This document shows, piece after piece, positions 28,501 through 38,810 of a DNA stretch of 64,000 nt (the first letter of the stretch is position 1; every line of letters begins with the position of its first letter). The stretch is from Spirochaetia bacterium (GTDB lineage: Bacteria; Spirochaetota; Spirochaetia; UBA9216), in the NCBI GenBank assembly GCA_963677925.2, contig CAXXYH010000003.1, positions 928,001 to 992,000 on the forward strand, read 5' to 3'. The notes under the pieces were generated by a model. The model was given only the letters and a program-made list of their open reading frames with translations, did no database searches and was not told the DNA's origin. Position numbers and translations under genes: made by a program.

Positions 28501-29538
28501 TCAGGGTTCTATCTCATATATGGCTGCCTGGCCTATTTCCCTGTTTGCAGAAATAATGATATCGCGGTCTGCAAGATTTACAATCATGGCGTTGCTTGGA
28601 CCAGCATTCTCATCCACAGTGTGAATCTCAATCTTTGCTGTCTCCTTATTATGGGTCAGGATGAACAGCTGCTGTTTTCCTCTTCTGCAGCCGCCCATAA
28701 ATACCGGATTACCGTTAATCTTCCCGCTGGCAGCCACGTGGTAAAACTCACTGACCTCGGGGTGCTCGAAGATCTGTCTGTATTCACCGTCGATCATCTT
28801 ATATACCCTGAAGTAACTTCCGTGAAATTCTTCAATTGTTGCAATCTCAGGCTGGCCGTCACCGTCTATATCGATACAGGCAATATCACTTACCGGCTGA
28901 CTCATTATCTGTTCAACGCTCCAGGCATCAGCATCGGAGGACGGCGGTGTAACAATGTATACACCGCTGTCACATGAAACCATTCCGCACTCAAGACCTT
29001 CCCATGTTACCCTTTCATAACCATGATTCTTGAAAAAATCATTTCGGAGCTCAGTCAGTATCAGTTCACCGCTCTCATCCTCAGGAAGCTCTCCGACATA
29101 GACCGAACCGGGATTGCTCCAGTCATCCTTGGCGTTTTTGGCGGAGGCAAGTGTACAGCCGATGAAGTAGTTCTTACCGTTTCGCTGAAGGATATCAAAT
29201 CTGTGCAGGTAAGGCATTTTAAGCATGGTTTTTACCGAGAAACTGCCGTCATCAAGAGTCTTTACCCATACCATTTCAGCTTCTTCCCAGTCGAACATTT
29301 TAAAAAATTTCTGTCCGGCAAGAAACTCCCCCTTCTTACCCGGCACCTTAACTATACTCATAGTTCCGCCGGGCTGCTCCCACACAGTCTTAGCCTCAGT
29401 GTAGTCAGAGCAGCTGAATGCATAGCAGCCGAAGTGTCCCTCGGAGGCAAAAAAAGCATACGGCTTTTCATTTATATCCATGCAGGCGACCGAGTAGCAT
29501 CTTTCCAGTTCTGTCAGAATGTTCCTGTTAAATTTCAT
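28501..29538 (-). CDS. Hypothetical beta-propeller-like protein
   Basis: 345 aa from ATG 29538 (SD GGAGG); beta-rich; DIDGDGQPEI Ca-binding-like motif. Confidence 0.75.
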   Translation of the reverse strand: MKFNRNILTELERCYSVACMDINEKPYAFFASEGHFGCYAFSCSDYTEAKTVWEQPGGTMSIVKVPGKKGEFLAGQKFFKMFDWEEAEMVWVKTLDDGSFSVKTMLKMPYLHRFDILQRNGKNYFIGCTLASAKNAKDDWSNPGSVYVGELPEDESGELILTELRNDFFKNHGYERVTWEGLECGMVSCDSGVYIVTPPSSDADAWSVEQIMSQPVSDIACIDIDGDGQPEIATIEEFHGSYFRVYKMIDGEYRQIFEHPEVSEFYHVAASGKINGNPVFMGGCRRGKQQLFILTHNKETAKIEIHTVDENAGPSNAMIVNLADRDIIISANREIGQAAIYEIEP

Positions 29539-29709
29539 GTAGATCCTCCGGGGATAGAATATGATCACTAATAAGCATTTTATCAAGTTTCATATATTTC
29601 ATATTGCGCTTTTTAAGCTTTCTTTATTGTTCTTTATTTACGTTTTTTACTATACTACATGAAGATAAGAAGTGTAAACAATAAAAATAATAATCTTTGG
29701 GAGATTAAA

Positions 29710-31431
29710 TTATCTTGAGAATCTAAGTCCGGCAACATGCCTTAGGGAGGATAATTCTTCATTGAGCATTTTCCGGTTTTCAGGAAAGTTTTCAGAAAGT
29801 TCAGACATCCGATCTAAATAGTATTCAAAGTCTTCACGGTATTTTCTGAATGCGAATTTCCGCACAGTGGCCAGCAGAAGCTTCCACAGCTTTTTAATTT
29901 CGGAAGAATCAGAACCTTCTGCCTGGGCTGCTTCAATAAGACTGAGCAGAACATCAGCTTCTTCCTTCTTATCTCTGCACCTGCAGTAATCAAGTGCCCC
30001 GGATATTTCAAGAATCGCCTCTCTCCCGCAGCCGAGCAGTTGAGATGCAGAAGGGACTTCCTTAAACCTGAACTGCTTATATGTACTGCATTTCAGCACC
30101 TGAACTGTGTCAGAAAGCAGTACAGCTGAATCAGCATCAACCGTAAACTTTTCTTTCAGCCGTTCCGGGTTAAAGGATTCATTCATAGCCGTAATTATCT
30201 TTTTCACTATTAAAAATTCCTTAATTGAATCGAGATCAGAGCTGTGATATTTTTTTGAAGTGTTCACCACAAGCTGATATTCAACATTCCGGTTATTACG
30301 TCCAAGGCTCTGCTTGCCGCCGCGATAGATTACATAATCACTGCAGAAAATCTGAAGGCTGCCGAAATCTGAAAGAATTGAACACAGAGCATCAAAGGGG
30401 ATGATGCCTTCCGTATTATAACTCAGTACAAAGTATCTGCTGTCGGTTTTCTCAAGAAGTCGGCGTAGAGCCTGCTCAGCAGTTTTCCCGTAGCAGAAGG
30501 GTGAACGTGTTTCTACCCAGTCGGGTCGGATACCTGCCTTGTGCATCAGTGTTCCGTCTGGGTGTCTTTCCATCGAAACTTCAGGCCGATCCCATGCTGC
30601 TATCGTATTAAGCATAAAATAGTTGCTTCCGTACTGATGCTGGTTATATGGAGGGTCAAGGTAGCAGATATCCCAAACCTCCGAAGCTGCACAGTCTGAA
30701 GCATCCTGTCTGCTCACTGAAAAAGACGCACCTGCAGCTCCCGTCACAAGAAGCGGAACACGAAGCTCCATACTCGCCATTATTCTTGTGAGAGCATCTT
30801 TACCATGTCCGCCGAACCCCTTGTGGCAGGCTTTAAAAACTCCGTTGGTATTCGCATGTGTGGCAGCCTGATAAAGAAGAGGGGAAACAAGAAGAGCTTT
30901 TTTATAAAAATCTTCACTGCCCTCTACCGGCTCCGGATATAGTTCATCTATACGGTAACGTATTCTGTCGATGAAAACAGCATTCTCATGCGTATAAAAC
31001 AGCCGCTCTTTACGGTAATCTGCAGTTTCCGTTTCATCAGGAGCATAATACCTGCTGATATATGGCTCATACTGGCCAGTCATAGCTTCAGCCCTTCCAT
31101 AATGGTTCAGCTCTTCGACTGCCGGGACAAGCCCTCCTTCCTGTTTGAATAGACGGTCAGCCTGAGACGGAGAGATACAGATATGTGCAGTATTTATAAG
31201 ATATGAATATAATTCCCAGTCATTTGCTCTTACACTGAATCCCAGAAGCTTTGCCAGTCTGGAGACAGAGCCGGATCCTGCAAAGGGATCACAGAAACGG
31301 AGAGGAACGCTGCCTGCTCCGGTTTCTGAGGCAAGCTCTTTAAAAACATCGCCGAGAAAAGGAAGCAGCCGTCTCTTATTCCCGATGTATGCTATAAGCT
31401 GCTGTGTAAGGTAGGGATCTGAATAATCCAA
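29710..31431 (-). CDS. Orphan N6-adenine DNA methyltransferase (D12 class, M.NlaIII-like) with C-terminal extension
   Basis: YIGNKRRL (motif X), DPFAGSGSVS (I), ANDW (II), YLDPPYNQHQYGSNY (IV), LSYNTEG; no adjacent endonuclease. Confidence 0.9.
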   Translation of the reverse strand: MDYSDPYLTQQLIAYIGNKRRLLPFLGDVFKELASETGAGSVPLRFCDPFAGSGSVSRLAKLLGFSVRANDWELYSYLINTAHICISPSQADRLFKQEGGLVPAVEELNHYGRAEAMTGQYEPYISRYYAPDETETADYRKERLFYTHENAVFIDRIRYRIDELYPEPVEGSEDFYKKALLVSPLLYQAATHANTNGVFKACHKGFGGHGKDALTRIMASMELRVPLLVTGAAGASFSVSRQDASDCAASEVWDICYLDPPYNQHQYGSNYFMLNTIAAWDRPEVSMERHPDGTLMHKAGIRPDWVETRSPFCYGKTAEQALRRLLEKTDSRYFVLSYNTEGIIPFDALCSILSDFGSLQIFCSDYVIYRGGKQSLGRNNRNVEYQLVVNTSKKYHSSDLDSIKEFLIVKKIITAMNESFNPERLKEKFTVDADSAVLLSDTVQVLKCSTYKQFRFKEVPSASQLLGCGREAILEISGALDYCRCRDKKEEADVLLSLIEAAQAEGSDSSEIKKLWKLLLATVRKFAFRKYREDFEYYLDRMSELSENFPENRKMLNEELSSLRHVAGLRFSR

Positions 31432-31434
31432 GCT

Positions 31435-31800
31435 TTAGTCCGGTATGTAAACAGCCATATTTTTATCGGTCTCAAATACTTCGACCCTTGAAACCGGACA
31501 CTCCGGGATTTCCTTCTTCAGCTCTTTAAAGATATGCCATGAAATCAGTTCGGCACTCGGTTCTCTTTCATCAAATACAGGATTTTCATTCAGAAGGCTG
31601 TGATCGATGCGGTCAAGAACACGTTTAAGCGCCTTCTTTAAGATTCCAAAATCAGTAAGCATTCCGCCTTCATCAAGTTCCGCGCCCTGGGCAAAGACCC
31701 TGACCCTGTAATTATGGCCGTGCAGATTCTCACACTTACCATGATAATTGACCAGATAATGCGCCGCCGCGAAATTATCTTCTACTCTGACTTGAAACAT
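31435..31800 (-). CDS. queD: 6-carboxy-5,6,7,8-tetrahydropterin synthase
   Basis: FAAAHYL..YHGKCENLHGHNY, DFG, DH..LN, PSAE, VFET; ATG 31800 with a GGGGG SD. Confidence 0.9.
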   Translation of the reverse strand: MFQVRVEDNFAAAHYLVNYHGKCENLHGHNYRVRVFAQGAELDEGGMLTDFGILKKALKRVLDRIDHSLLNENPVFDEREPSAELISWHIFKELKKEIPECPVSRVEVFETDKNMAVYIPD

Positions 31801-31828
31801 CTTTCCCCCGTTAGCTATAATGCCTGAT

Positions 31829-33373
31829 ATGGATGAAAAAAGATTATCAGCTTTGACCGCTAATATCAATATAATTGAGAAAAGAGGCGGAGATCCCCTT
31901 ATCAGCGGAATTGCGTATGATTCGCGTATGGTAAAAAAGGGCTTTCTTTTCTGCGCCCTGGACGGCCTGCATGTAGACGGGCACTCCTATATCAGTAAAG
32001 CCATCGGGCTCGGCGCTGCGGCGGTGCTGCATTCACGTGCTCTGGATGAATATGATGAGAATATCACCTATATAATGACTGATAATCCCCGGACGGCTAT
32101 GGCATCATTATCTGCAGCCTTTTACGGCAATCCTGCAGATAAACTGATAACGGTTGGAGTAACAGGAACTGACGGTAAAACCACCACTGTATATCTCATA
32201 GATCAGCTTATTGAGCTCTGCGGCTTAAAATCGGGCTTCATTTCAACCGCAGCCTGCAAGATTGCCGATGAAATAACCAAAAATCCATACAGACAGTCGA
32301 CTCCTGAGGCCACAGAAATTCAGATGATGCTTTCACAAATGCTTGAGAACGGTAAAACTCATGCCGTAGTAGAGGCGACTTCACATGGACTCTCGCCAAA
32401 AAACAACCGGCTGGGCAATCTTGATTTTAATGCAGCTGTATTTACAAATCTGACCCATGAGCATCTTGAGTTTCACGGCAGCTTTGAGCAGTACAGAAAA
32501 GACAAGACGGAGCTTTTCAGAAAGCTCAAAATGAATACTAAAAAGCAGTCATTCGGGGTAGTAAACCTTGATGACGGAAGTTCCGCAGCATTCATTGAGG
32601 CAACTCAAAACAGGGTATATACCTGCAGTACCCTGAATCCGGAGGCTGACTACTTTGCTGATGAAATCAGACAGGAACCGACTGGAAATCAGTTCAGGCT
32701 TAATATTAGAAAAGACGGAAAAACCCAGTCATTTCAGACCTCAATTCAGCTCCCGGGCCTGTTCAACATTGAAAATGTGCTTGGAGCCTTCGCTGTAATT
32801 CACAATCTCACACCTATATCACCTGCCCATCTTGCCGGACTGCTGCCGAAGCTTCAGGCCGTAAAAGGCAGGATGAAACTGATTACCGGCAGGCAGTCCT
32901 TCACCGTAATAGTGGACTACGCCCACAGCCCGGGATCTTTCAGGAAAGTTTTTCCGGTATTCAGAGAAAACTGCCGCGGCAGGCTTATAAGCGTTTTCGG
33001 TTCTGCAGGCGAACGGGATATTGAGAAACGGTCCATCCAGGGAGCGATTGCCGCGGAATATTCCGACATCCTTTTTATCACGGATGAGGACCCCAGAGGC
33101 GAGGTTCCGATGGATATAATCAGACAGATTGCCGCCGGCGCGGAAGGAAAATCAGAAGAGCCGGTTTCAACCCCCAAAACAGAGGGTGATAATCTGTTTC
33201 TTATACCCGATCGAAAGACGGCCATCCTTGAAGCCTTTAAAACAGCATGTGAAGGCGATACTGTAGTGCTTCTGGGAAAGGGGCATGAAAGCACCATAAT
33301 ATACGCCGACGGTCCCATAGACTGGGATGAGCAGACAGCCGCGGAAGAAGCCCTCAGAGAGCTCGGATACTGA
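31829..33373 (+). CDS. murE: UDP-N-acetylmuramyl-tripeptide synthetase (probably the L-ornithine-adding type)
   Basis: YDSR, DGH, GVTGTDGKTT, STPEA, EATSHGL, FTNLTHEHL, VDYAHSP, EDPR, GKGHE; start placed at ATG 31829 from TTGAAA-N18-TATAAT-N7-ATG. Confidence 0.93.
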   Translation: MDEKRLSALTANINIIEKRGGDPLISGIAYDSRMVKKGFLFCALDGLHVDGHSYISKAIGLGAAAVLHSRALDEYDENITYIMTDNPRTAMASLSAAFYGNPADKLITVGVTGTDGKTTTVYLIDQLIELCGLKSGFISTAACKIADEITKNPYRQSTPEATEIQMMLSQMLENGKTHAVVEATSHGLSPKNNRLGNLDFNAAVFTNLTHEHLEFHGSFEQYRKDKTELFRKLKMNTKKQSFGVVNLDDGSSAAFIEATQNRVYTCSTLNPEADYFADEIRQEPTGNQFRLNIRKDGKTQSFQTSIQLPGLFNIENVLGAFAVIHNLTPISPAHLAGLLPKLQAVKGRMKLITGRQSFTVIVDYAHSPGSFRKVFPVFRENCRGRLISVFGSAGERDIEKRSIQGAIAAEYSDILFITDEDPRGEVPMDIIRQIAAGAEGKSEEPVSTPKTEGDNLFLIPDRKTAILEAFKTACEGDTVVLLGKGHESTIIYADGPIDWDEQTAAEEALRELGY

Positions 33374-33379
33374 AGGACC

Positions 33380-35719
33380 TTACATATCCATAAGACCGCC
33401 GGTGTCAGCCCTTGACAGTATAACCTGAGCCGCATTCAGTATTTCGGCGGTCTCAACATCTATAAGCCTGCTGAAAACAACAACAGATCCGGGCATAGGA
33501 ATGACCGTCCCGGTCACAATGTAACGGACGGCAAGCAGATTTCCAACCTCTACTGCGGAATCTGTATCAAGCAGCCCGGTAAGCCCCAGTTTCTGTTCCT
33601 CAAGAATTTCATCAAGCTTATTGCGTTCAATCAGACTGATTCCGGAATTCCTTGAAAAAGTAAGAGACGATATTTCCTCCAGGTAACCGAGCATCGGGTA
33701 TTCCACTCCGTCCTTTGATGAAAAGCCCGACAAGGCAACTGTCGGTTCATCTGCTCCATCAAGTTCCAGAAGTATTTCATTGCACAGATCGGTTATTCGC
33801 AGATCCAGCGCCCTCAGTGAAATTGAAGGATCTATTTCTGTATTATTCTTCTGTTCAGCAATTAAAACTGAATCAATTCCCATATCCTCGCCCAGGGCGG
33901 TAATATAATTATCAAGGATGGTAATCTGATCGGTGAAATAGTCTTCCTGATCAAGCCTCAGCCTGGCATTTAAAAGCTGCTTTTTCAGGGCGGATGTCAA
34001 TTCCATCGCGTTTTTCAATTTTTCAGTTCCGGCCGCTTCATCACCCTGATAATTTATAAGAGCCAGTGCTGTATAGTAGAGTTCCCCTATCTCCTTCAAT
34101 TTCTCTGCAAAAAGCATCATATTGCCCGAATGAAGCAGCATGGCATCTGAAATTCCTGTAACAGGAGCTTCTCCTTCAACAACTGTGAGCCGGTGGGCAA
34201 GAGGGGCTATTCTCCCCGGTTTACCGAAAAGATCGGTATAGTTAATATTCAGACTTCCAACGGGAAGTTCACCTGCGGAACTCTGTTCGGGCAGAAAGTA
34301 TTTAAGAAGGATGGTTTCATAATCAGCCAGATGGAGTGTGGGCAGGTAGTATGATACTGAATTTTCATTAATTTCATGGTTATATCCCCAGGTATCAAGG
34401 ATTCGCACATCAGTATCAAATGTAAACTCAATATTCAGATCTCTTGCAAGCGGTACTGCCATCCTGGCAAATTCGGACCCGAAGATTTTCTCCATTTCAT
34501 CCCTGCCGGATATAAAACGGGAGCTTCCTCCGCCCTCTTTAGCCAGAGTAGTCATCATATCGACATCAAATTCGACTCCGACTCCTATTGTGGAAATATT
34601 TATACCCATATCCTTATAGGCTGAAGCCAGCTCGTAGATACTGGCCTTTTCCCTCTTTATCGAACCTGATGTCTTGTATTCAAACTCGGCAACCTGAACT
34701 TCGGTCTTGGCGCCTTTAATTGTTCCTTCAAAATGACTGTACTCATCACCGTTCTTAATTTCTACGCTGAAGGGAAACTCCCCCTTAAACGGTTCATGGT
34801 ACGAGTAATTTACAACAGAAACACTGTAAGTGCCGGCAACAGCGGCTCCTTCTCCCCAGAAAATATTTTCAACGGGCTTGCTGCTTTTTTCACCCCCGGC
34901 ATTCATATCAACATCAAGGCGGCCGCCTGATCTCGATATTCTCTGGGCATAATTAATTTTCTCACCTCCGGGAGCTCTAACATGAAGGTCAAGATCATTA
35001 TAGTTTTCCCATATCAGAGAGATCCTGATATCGCCGCTCTGTGCCCCCTCGCGAGCAAGTCTGGAGGAAAATTCCGTACCGTCAGAGAGAAAAAGGACCC
35101 GGTTTATATATTCAGTACGGTAATTCGCAAGAATCTGTTCATAACCGGTTTCAAGCCCGGCTTCCAGATTGCTGCCTCCGGAGGGATTGATATTCAAGAC
35201 CGCATCCCTGAACCTGCGGCGTTTTTCGGGTGAATCCATCCTTGTGGAAGAGAAAACAACCTCAGGTTCATCCGAAAAGGTTACAAGCGACAGATAATCC
35301 TGATCACGTATCTTATCCAGAAATATTTCAAAACCCTGCTTTACCCACTCAATCTTATCTTCATCATTCATGGAACTGCTGGTATCTATCACATATACAA
35401 GATTCATAGGCGGCAGCTGTTCAAATGCAAGATCGCTTCCCTGTATACCGAACTGAAGCAGAACTTCCTGACCGAGACTTGAGACCTGTTTATTGGAGCT
35501 GTACAGGTATACGCCGAAACCTTCATCAGGCACTGGATAACCGTAATCTATGGATGCAATGTAGGAGTTTGTATAAACCTCTTCCGGAGGGATAACAAGA
35601 CCCTGTTCAGCCAGATATAAACCTCTTTCTGATGAAGAAGCGCTTTCCTCTGAACCGGCGGCGAAGATCATGCCGCAGATACAGACAAATAAGAGAACTG
35701 TAATAATACCGGATTTCAT
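33380..35719 (-). CDS. Secreted vWA-domain protein with a YfaP/DUF2135-like insertion and C-terminal CsgG/FlgO-like domain
   Basis: Signal peptide; NLVYVIDTSSSM MIDAS; LFLSDG; DLDLHV..P.GE...GGRLDVD...PVENIFW; STIGVG; LIERNKLDEILEEQKL. Confidence 0.8.
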   Translation of the reverse strand: MKSGIITVLLFVCICGMIFAAGSEESASSSERGLYLAEQGLVIPPEEVYTNSYIASIDYGYPVPDEGFGVYLYSSNKQVSSLGQEVLLQFGIQGSDLAFEQLPPMNLVYVIDTSSSMNDEDKIEWVKQGFEIFLDKIRDQDYLSLVTFSDEPEVVFSSTRMDSPEKRRRFRDAVLNINPSGGSNLEAGLETGYEQILANYRTEYINRVLFLSDGTEFSSRLAREGAQSGDIRISLIWENYNDLDLHVRAPGGEKINYAQRISRSGGRLDVDMNAGGEKSSKPVENIFWGEGAAVAGTYSVSVVNYSYHEPFKGEFPFSVEIKNGDEYSHFEGTIKGAKTEVQVAEFEYKTSGSIKREKASIYELASAYKDMGINISTIGVGVEFDVDMMTTLAKEGGGSSRFISGRDEMEKIFGSEFARMAVPLARDLNIEFTFDTDVRILDTWGYNHEINENSVSYYLPTLHLADYETILLKYFLPEQSSAGELPVGSLNINYTDLFGKPGRIAPLAHRLTVVEGEAPVTGISDAMLLHSGNMMLFAEKLKEIGELYYTALALINYQGDEAAGTEKLKNAMELTSALKKQLLNARLRLDQEDYFTDQITILDNYITALGEDMGIDSVLIAEQKNNTEIDPSISLRALDLRITDLCNEILLELDGADEPTVALSGFSSKDGVEYPMLGYLEEISSLTFSRNSGISLIERNKLDEILEEQKLGLTGLLDTDSAVEVGNLLAVRYIVTGTVIPMPGSVVVFSRLIDVETAEILNAAQVILSRADTGGLMDM

Positions 35720-35892
35720 ATTGAACCTCCCCTGTAGAAATGGGACAGCTATATTATTAATTATATGAACACAGGGATCTCAACACAAGTATTATAAGGT
35801 TTGGCAAACCATATGAAATATTCGGAATCAGATGAGACTCCAATTATAAAAATTAATTTGAAATTATTTTAAAGCAGCCCTACCCTTTCTAT

Positions 35893-36489
35893 ATGAAAGT
35901 ACCAGATATTAAATTACCCCCGCCCCAGACAGATATTACTTTTCCTCTCATGAAAGCTTTAGAACAAAGACGTTCCAAAAGAAGATTCTCCGGGGAGCCG
36001 CTGTCTCTTCAGCAGATATCCAATATTTTGTGGGCAGCGTGCGGAATAAGCCTCACTGAAACTAAAAGAAGTAAAAACAGGCGAACCGTACCCTCAGCAT
36101 CCAACTCTCAGGAAATCAGCGTATACATCATTATTGAATCAGGAGTATTCCTATACCATCCTGATCAGCATAGTCTGAAGTGTATTAAAGTGGATGATCT
36201 GAGGTCGGATATTGGAACACAGAAGATGATGAAAAATGCACCTCTTGGGCTTGTGTATGTTTCAGACTATTCAAAACTGAAGAAGTATCTGGCAAAAAAT
36301 GATGATCGAAAATATTTTGTTTCAGGAACCGATACAGGTTTTATCAGTCAGAATGTATATCTTTACTGTACCGCTGCAGGTCTTAACACATGCATCATAG
36401 GCTTTGTGGACCGTGAAAAGCTTCACAGTAAAATGGGGCTGGCTGAACAGCAGAAGATAATTTACACTCAGGCGGCAGGATGCGCATAG
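35893..36489 (+). CDS. SagB/ThcOx-like nitroreductase family protein
   Basis: LMKALEQRRSKRRF, ILWAACG, RTVPSA, DTGFISQNVYLYC. Confidence 0.9.
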   Translation: MKVPDIKLPPPQTDITFPLMKALEQRRSKRRFSGEPLSLQQISNILWAACGISLTETKRSKNRRTVPSASNSQEISVYIIIESGVFLYHPDQHSLKCIKVDDLRSDIGTQKMMKNAPLGLVYVSDYSKLKKYLAKNDDRKYFVSGTDTGFISQNVYLYCTAAGLNTCIIGFVDREKLHSKMGLAEQQKIIYTQAAGCA

Positions 36490-36532
36490 ACCTGCAAAAT
36501 TGCAAATGCAGTAAGCTTAATCCCGGAGAAGG

Positions 36533-37561
36533 TTATCTGATTTTATAGAACTCCTCTACGTATTCCATCCAGTAGTTTCTGATAAACACCATGATTGGTA
36601 CTGCAAAAAGCACTCCGGCTATTCCGAAAATCCCTCCGAAAAGAAGTATACCCAGTAGAATAACAAACCAGTTCAGCTCCATTCGATCACCCTGGATACG
36701 CGGAGATAAAAGCCATACCTCAATCTGATTACCAAGCATCAGAACAATAGCTACTCTCAGCAGCCCCCATCCGCCGTAATGCGACAGGCCCAGAAATATC
36801 GAAGGAACCGCTGCTGTGATGATTCCGAAATATGGAATAAAATTAGTGACGAAGGATAAGAAGCCGAGGAAAAGTGAATATGGTATTCCCGCTATTTTCA
36901 TTCCAACGCCGACAATCAGCCCTACACAGGCGGCAATAAGCATCTGTCCGTTTATAAAAGATTTCAGACTTGTATAATAATCTTCAACAAAACCTATGGC
37001 CTTGTCTCTTGTTGAGGCCGGGAAAAATCTCCAGAGGTTTGTCTTTATGACCGGAATTAATACTGTAAGATATGAAGCTGCAATGATAAAGACAATTGAT
37101 GCTGTAAGTGCGTCCGGAATTACCTTTATAAGGTTATTCAGAAGCGAAATACCGGCGGAAGAGAAAGCATTAAAAATGCGTGTTCCCAGCATATCAACCA
37201 GCTGATGGATGGTATCGCTGTATTTCATATTTTCAAAAAATACGGGCAGCGTCAGATTAAATCCCTCGGCGGTAATTGCATTGAATAATTTCTTTCCTTC
37301 ATCAAACACAATTGGAAATATCTGAACAACAGTAATTGCCAGAAGTGCAAAAATCAGAATTGATGAGATAATAACCGCAGCCTTCCGGTGAATAAACTTG
37401 ATTTTGGCAAGGAGTCTTGCAGGAACCATAATGATCATTGACAGATACAGCCCCAGCATTAATGCACTAACAATCACCGGCGAAAGTATGTACAGCAGAA
37501 TAATGATTCCAAAATATAACAGAAAAGTCCATGTTGCAGGATCTATGGCTTTCTTCGGCAT
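36533..37561 (-). CDS. AI-2E family transporter
   Basis: FINGQ, NFIPYFG, LSPRIQG, FGIAGVLFAVP. Confidence 0.9.
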   Translation of the reverse strand: MPKKAIDPATWTFLLYFGIIILLYILSPVIVSALMLGLYLSMIIMVPARLLAKIKFIHRKAAVIISSILIFALLAITVVQIFPIVFDEGKKLFNAITAEGFNLTLPVFFENMKYSDTIHQLVDMLGTRIFNAFSSAGISLLNNLIKVIPDALTASIVFIIAASYLTVLIPVIKTNLWRFFPASTRDKAIGFVEDYYTSLKSFINGQMLIAACVGLIVGVGMKIAGIPYSLFLGFLSFVTNFIPYFGIITAAVPSIFLGLSHYGGWGLLRVAIVLMLGNQIEVWLLSPRIQGDRMELNWFVILLGILLFGGIFGIAGVLFAVPIMVFIRNYWMEYVEEFYKIR

Positions 37562-37663
37562 TGCTTAATTCACTCCCCACTACCGTAATTTACAAGTAAA
37601 GACTTTAACATTATAATGACAATCGGCCGAAAAGACCAAGTATAATCAGCTAAGAAGGGAATT

Positions 37664-38779
37664 ATGGACAAAAAAAACATCTGCATACTCTACGGGGGAA
37701 AATCAGGGGAACATGAGGTTTCGATGCTCTCTGCGGCTTCTGTAATAAGCCACCTTGATCGAGGATTGTATGAGATAACTGCAGTTGGAATATCCAAAGC
37801 AGGCAGATGGTACCTCCAGCCGGAGGCGACAGCCGATGTTGATGCAGGCAGGGGCCTGTCAATTACTGCCGATGAAGATCTGCTGGTCTATATTGCTCCC
37901 GGAGCCGGTCTTTTCTGTGAAGGCAGAAGACTTGATGCCGATTTTGTATTTCCGGTTCTTCACGGAACCTTCGGTGAAGACGGCACAGTACAGGGACTGC
38001 TCGAACTTGCCGATCTTCCATACGCCGGATCAGGCGTTTCCGGGAGCTCAATCGGTATGGACAAGGAAATCATAAAAAAGATATGGATAGCAGCAGGTCT
38101 GGACACTGTCCCCTGCCGCTCACTTAATGTTGATTTATACAGCAGCAGTGAATTTTCACTGACAGATTTTGCATCTGGGCTTGAGAATGAGTACGGGTAT
38201 CCCCTTTTTATAAAACCTGCAAGAGCAGGCTCATCTGTAGGAATAAGCAAGGCTGATGATTACGCTGAATTCGCCGAAGCAGTTACAAAAGCCTTTAAAT
38301 TCGATTCAAGAATAATTTTTGAACCTGCCGTTGATGCAAGAGAGATAGAATGTTCAGTAATCGGAAACTTCACAGCCGAAGCATATCTTCCGGGAGAGAT
38401 AGCTCCGACTCACGAGTTTTATGATTATGAAGCAAAATACATAGATGAAAACGGAGCCGCATTAATAATCCCTGCTGACATCCCCGAGGAACTGATCGAA
38501 AGAGTAAAAAAGACAGCAGTAAGAGCATATCTTGAAGCCGGAATTGAAGGGATGGCGAGGGTGGATTTTTTTATTGACCGCAAATCCGGAAAGCTTCTGC
38601 TTAACGAAGTAAATACTATACCGGGATTTACAAGCATAAGTATGTTTTCAAAAATGTGCGAGGCCGGCGGACTACCCTACTCTAATATGCTTGATAAGCT
38701 TATAACCCTTGGTGAAGAACGTTTTAACTCAAGAAATAAACTTTCCTTCACTCTTGCAGAGGAAGCAGAAACAGTTTAA
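37664..38779 (+). CDS. ddl: D-alanine--D-alanine ligase
   Basis: GGKSGEHEVS, FPVLHGTFGEDG, KPARAGSSVGI, FYDYEAKY, NEVNTIPGFT. Confidence 0.96.
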   Translation: MDKKNICILYGGKSGEHEVSMLSAASVISHLDRGLYEITAVGISKAGRWYLQPEATADVDAGRGLSITADEDLLVYIAPGAGLFCEGRRLDADFVFPVLHGTFGEDGTVQGLLELADLPYAGSGVSGSSIGMDKEIIKKIWIAAGLDTVPCRSLNVDLYSSSEFSLTDFASGLENEYGYPLFIKPARAGSSVGISKADDYAEFAEAVTKAFKFDSRIIFEPAVDAREIECSVIGNFTAEAYLPGEIAPTHEFYDYEAKYIDENGAALIIPADIPEELIERVKKTAVRAYLEAGIEGMARVDFFIDRKSGKLLLNEVNTIPGFTSISMFSKMCEAGGLPYSNMLDKLITLGEERFNSRNKLSFTLAEEAETV

Positions 38780-38810
38780 GAAGCTTCCTATAAAACCAGA
38801 ACAGACGGCG

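Noticed and set aside
28444-29571. Long plus-strand ORFs (177 and 182 aa)
   Set aside because: Antisense to a well-formed gene with an SD; no recognisable motifs. The same applies to the many other short shadow ORFs
35893-36489. SagB/ThcOx gene as a marker of a thiazole/oxazole RiPP cluster
   Set aside because: No YcaO, precursor peptide or transporter nearby; standalone members of this family are common
37664-38779. ddl as a VanA-like D-Ala-D-Lac ligase
   Set aside because: The omega loop reads FYDYEAKY, typical of D-Ala-D-Ala ligases; no van genes nearby
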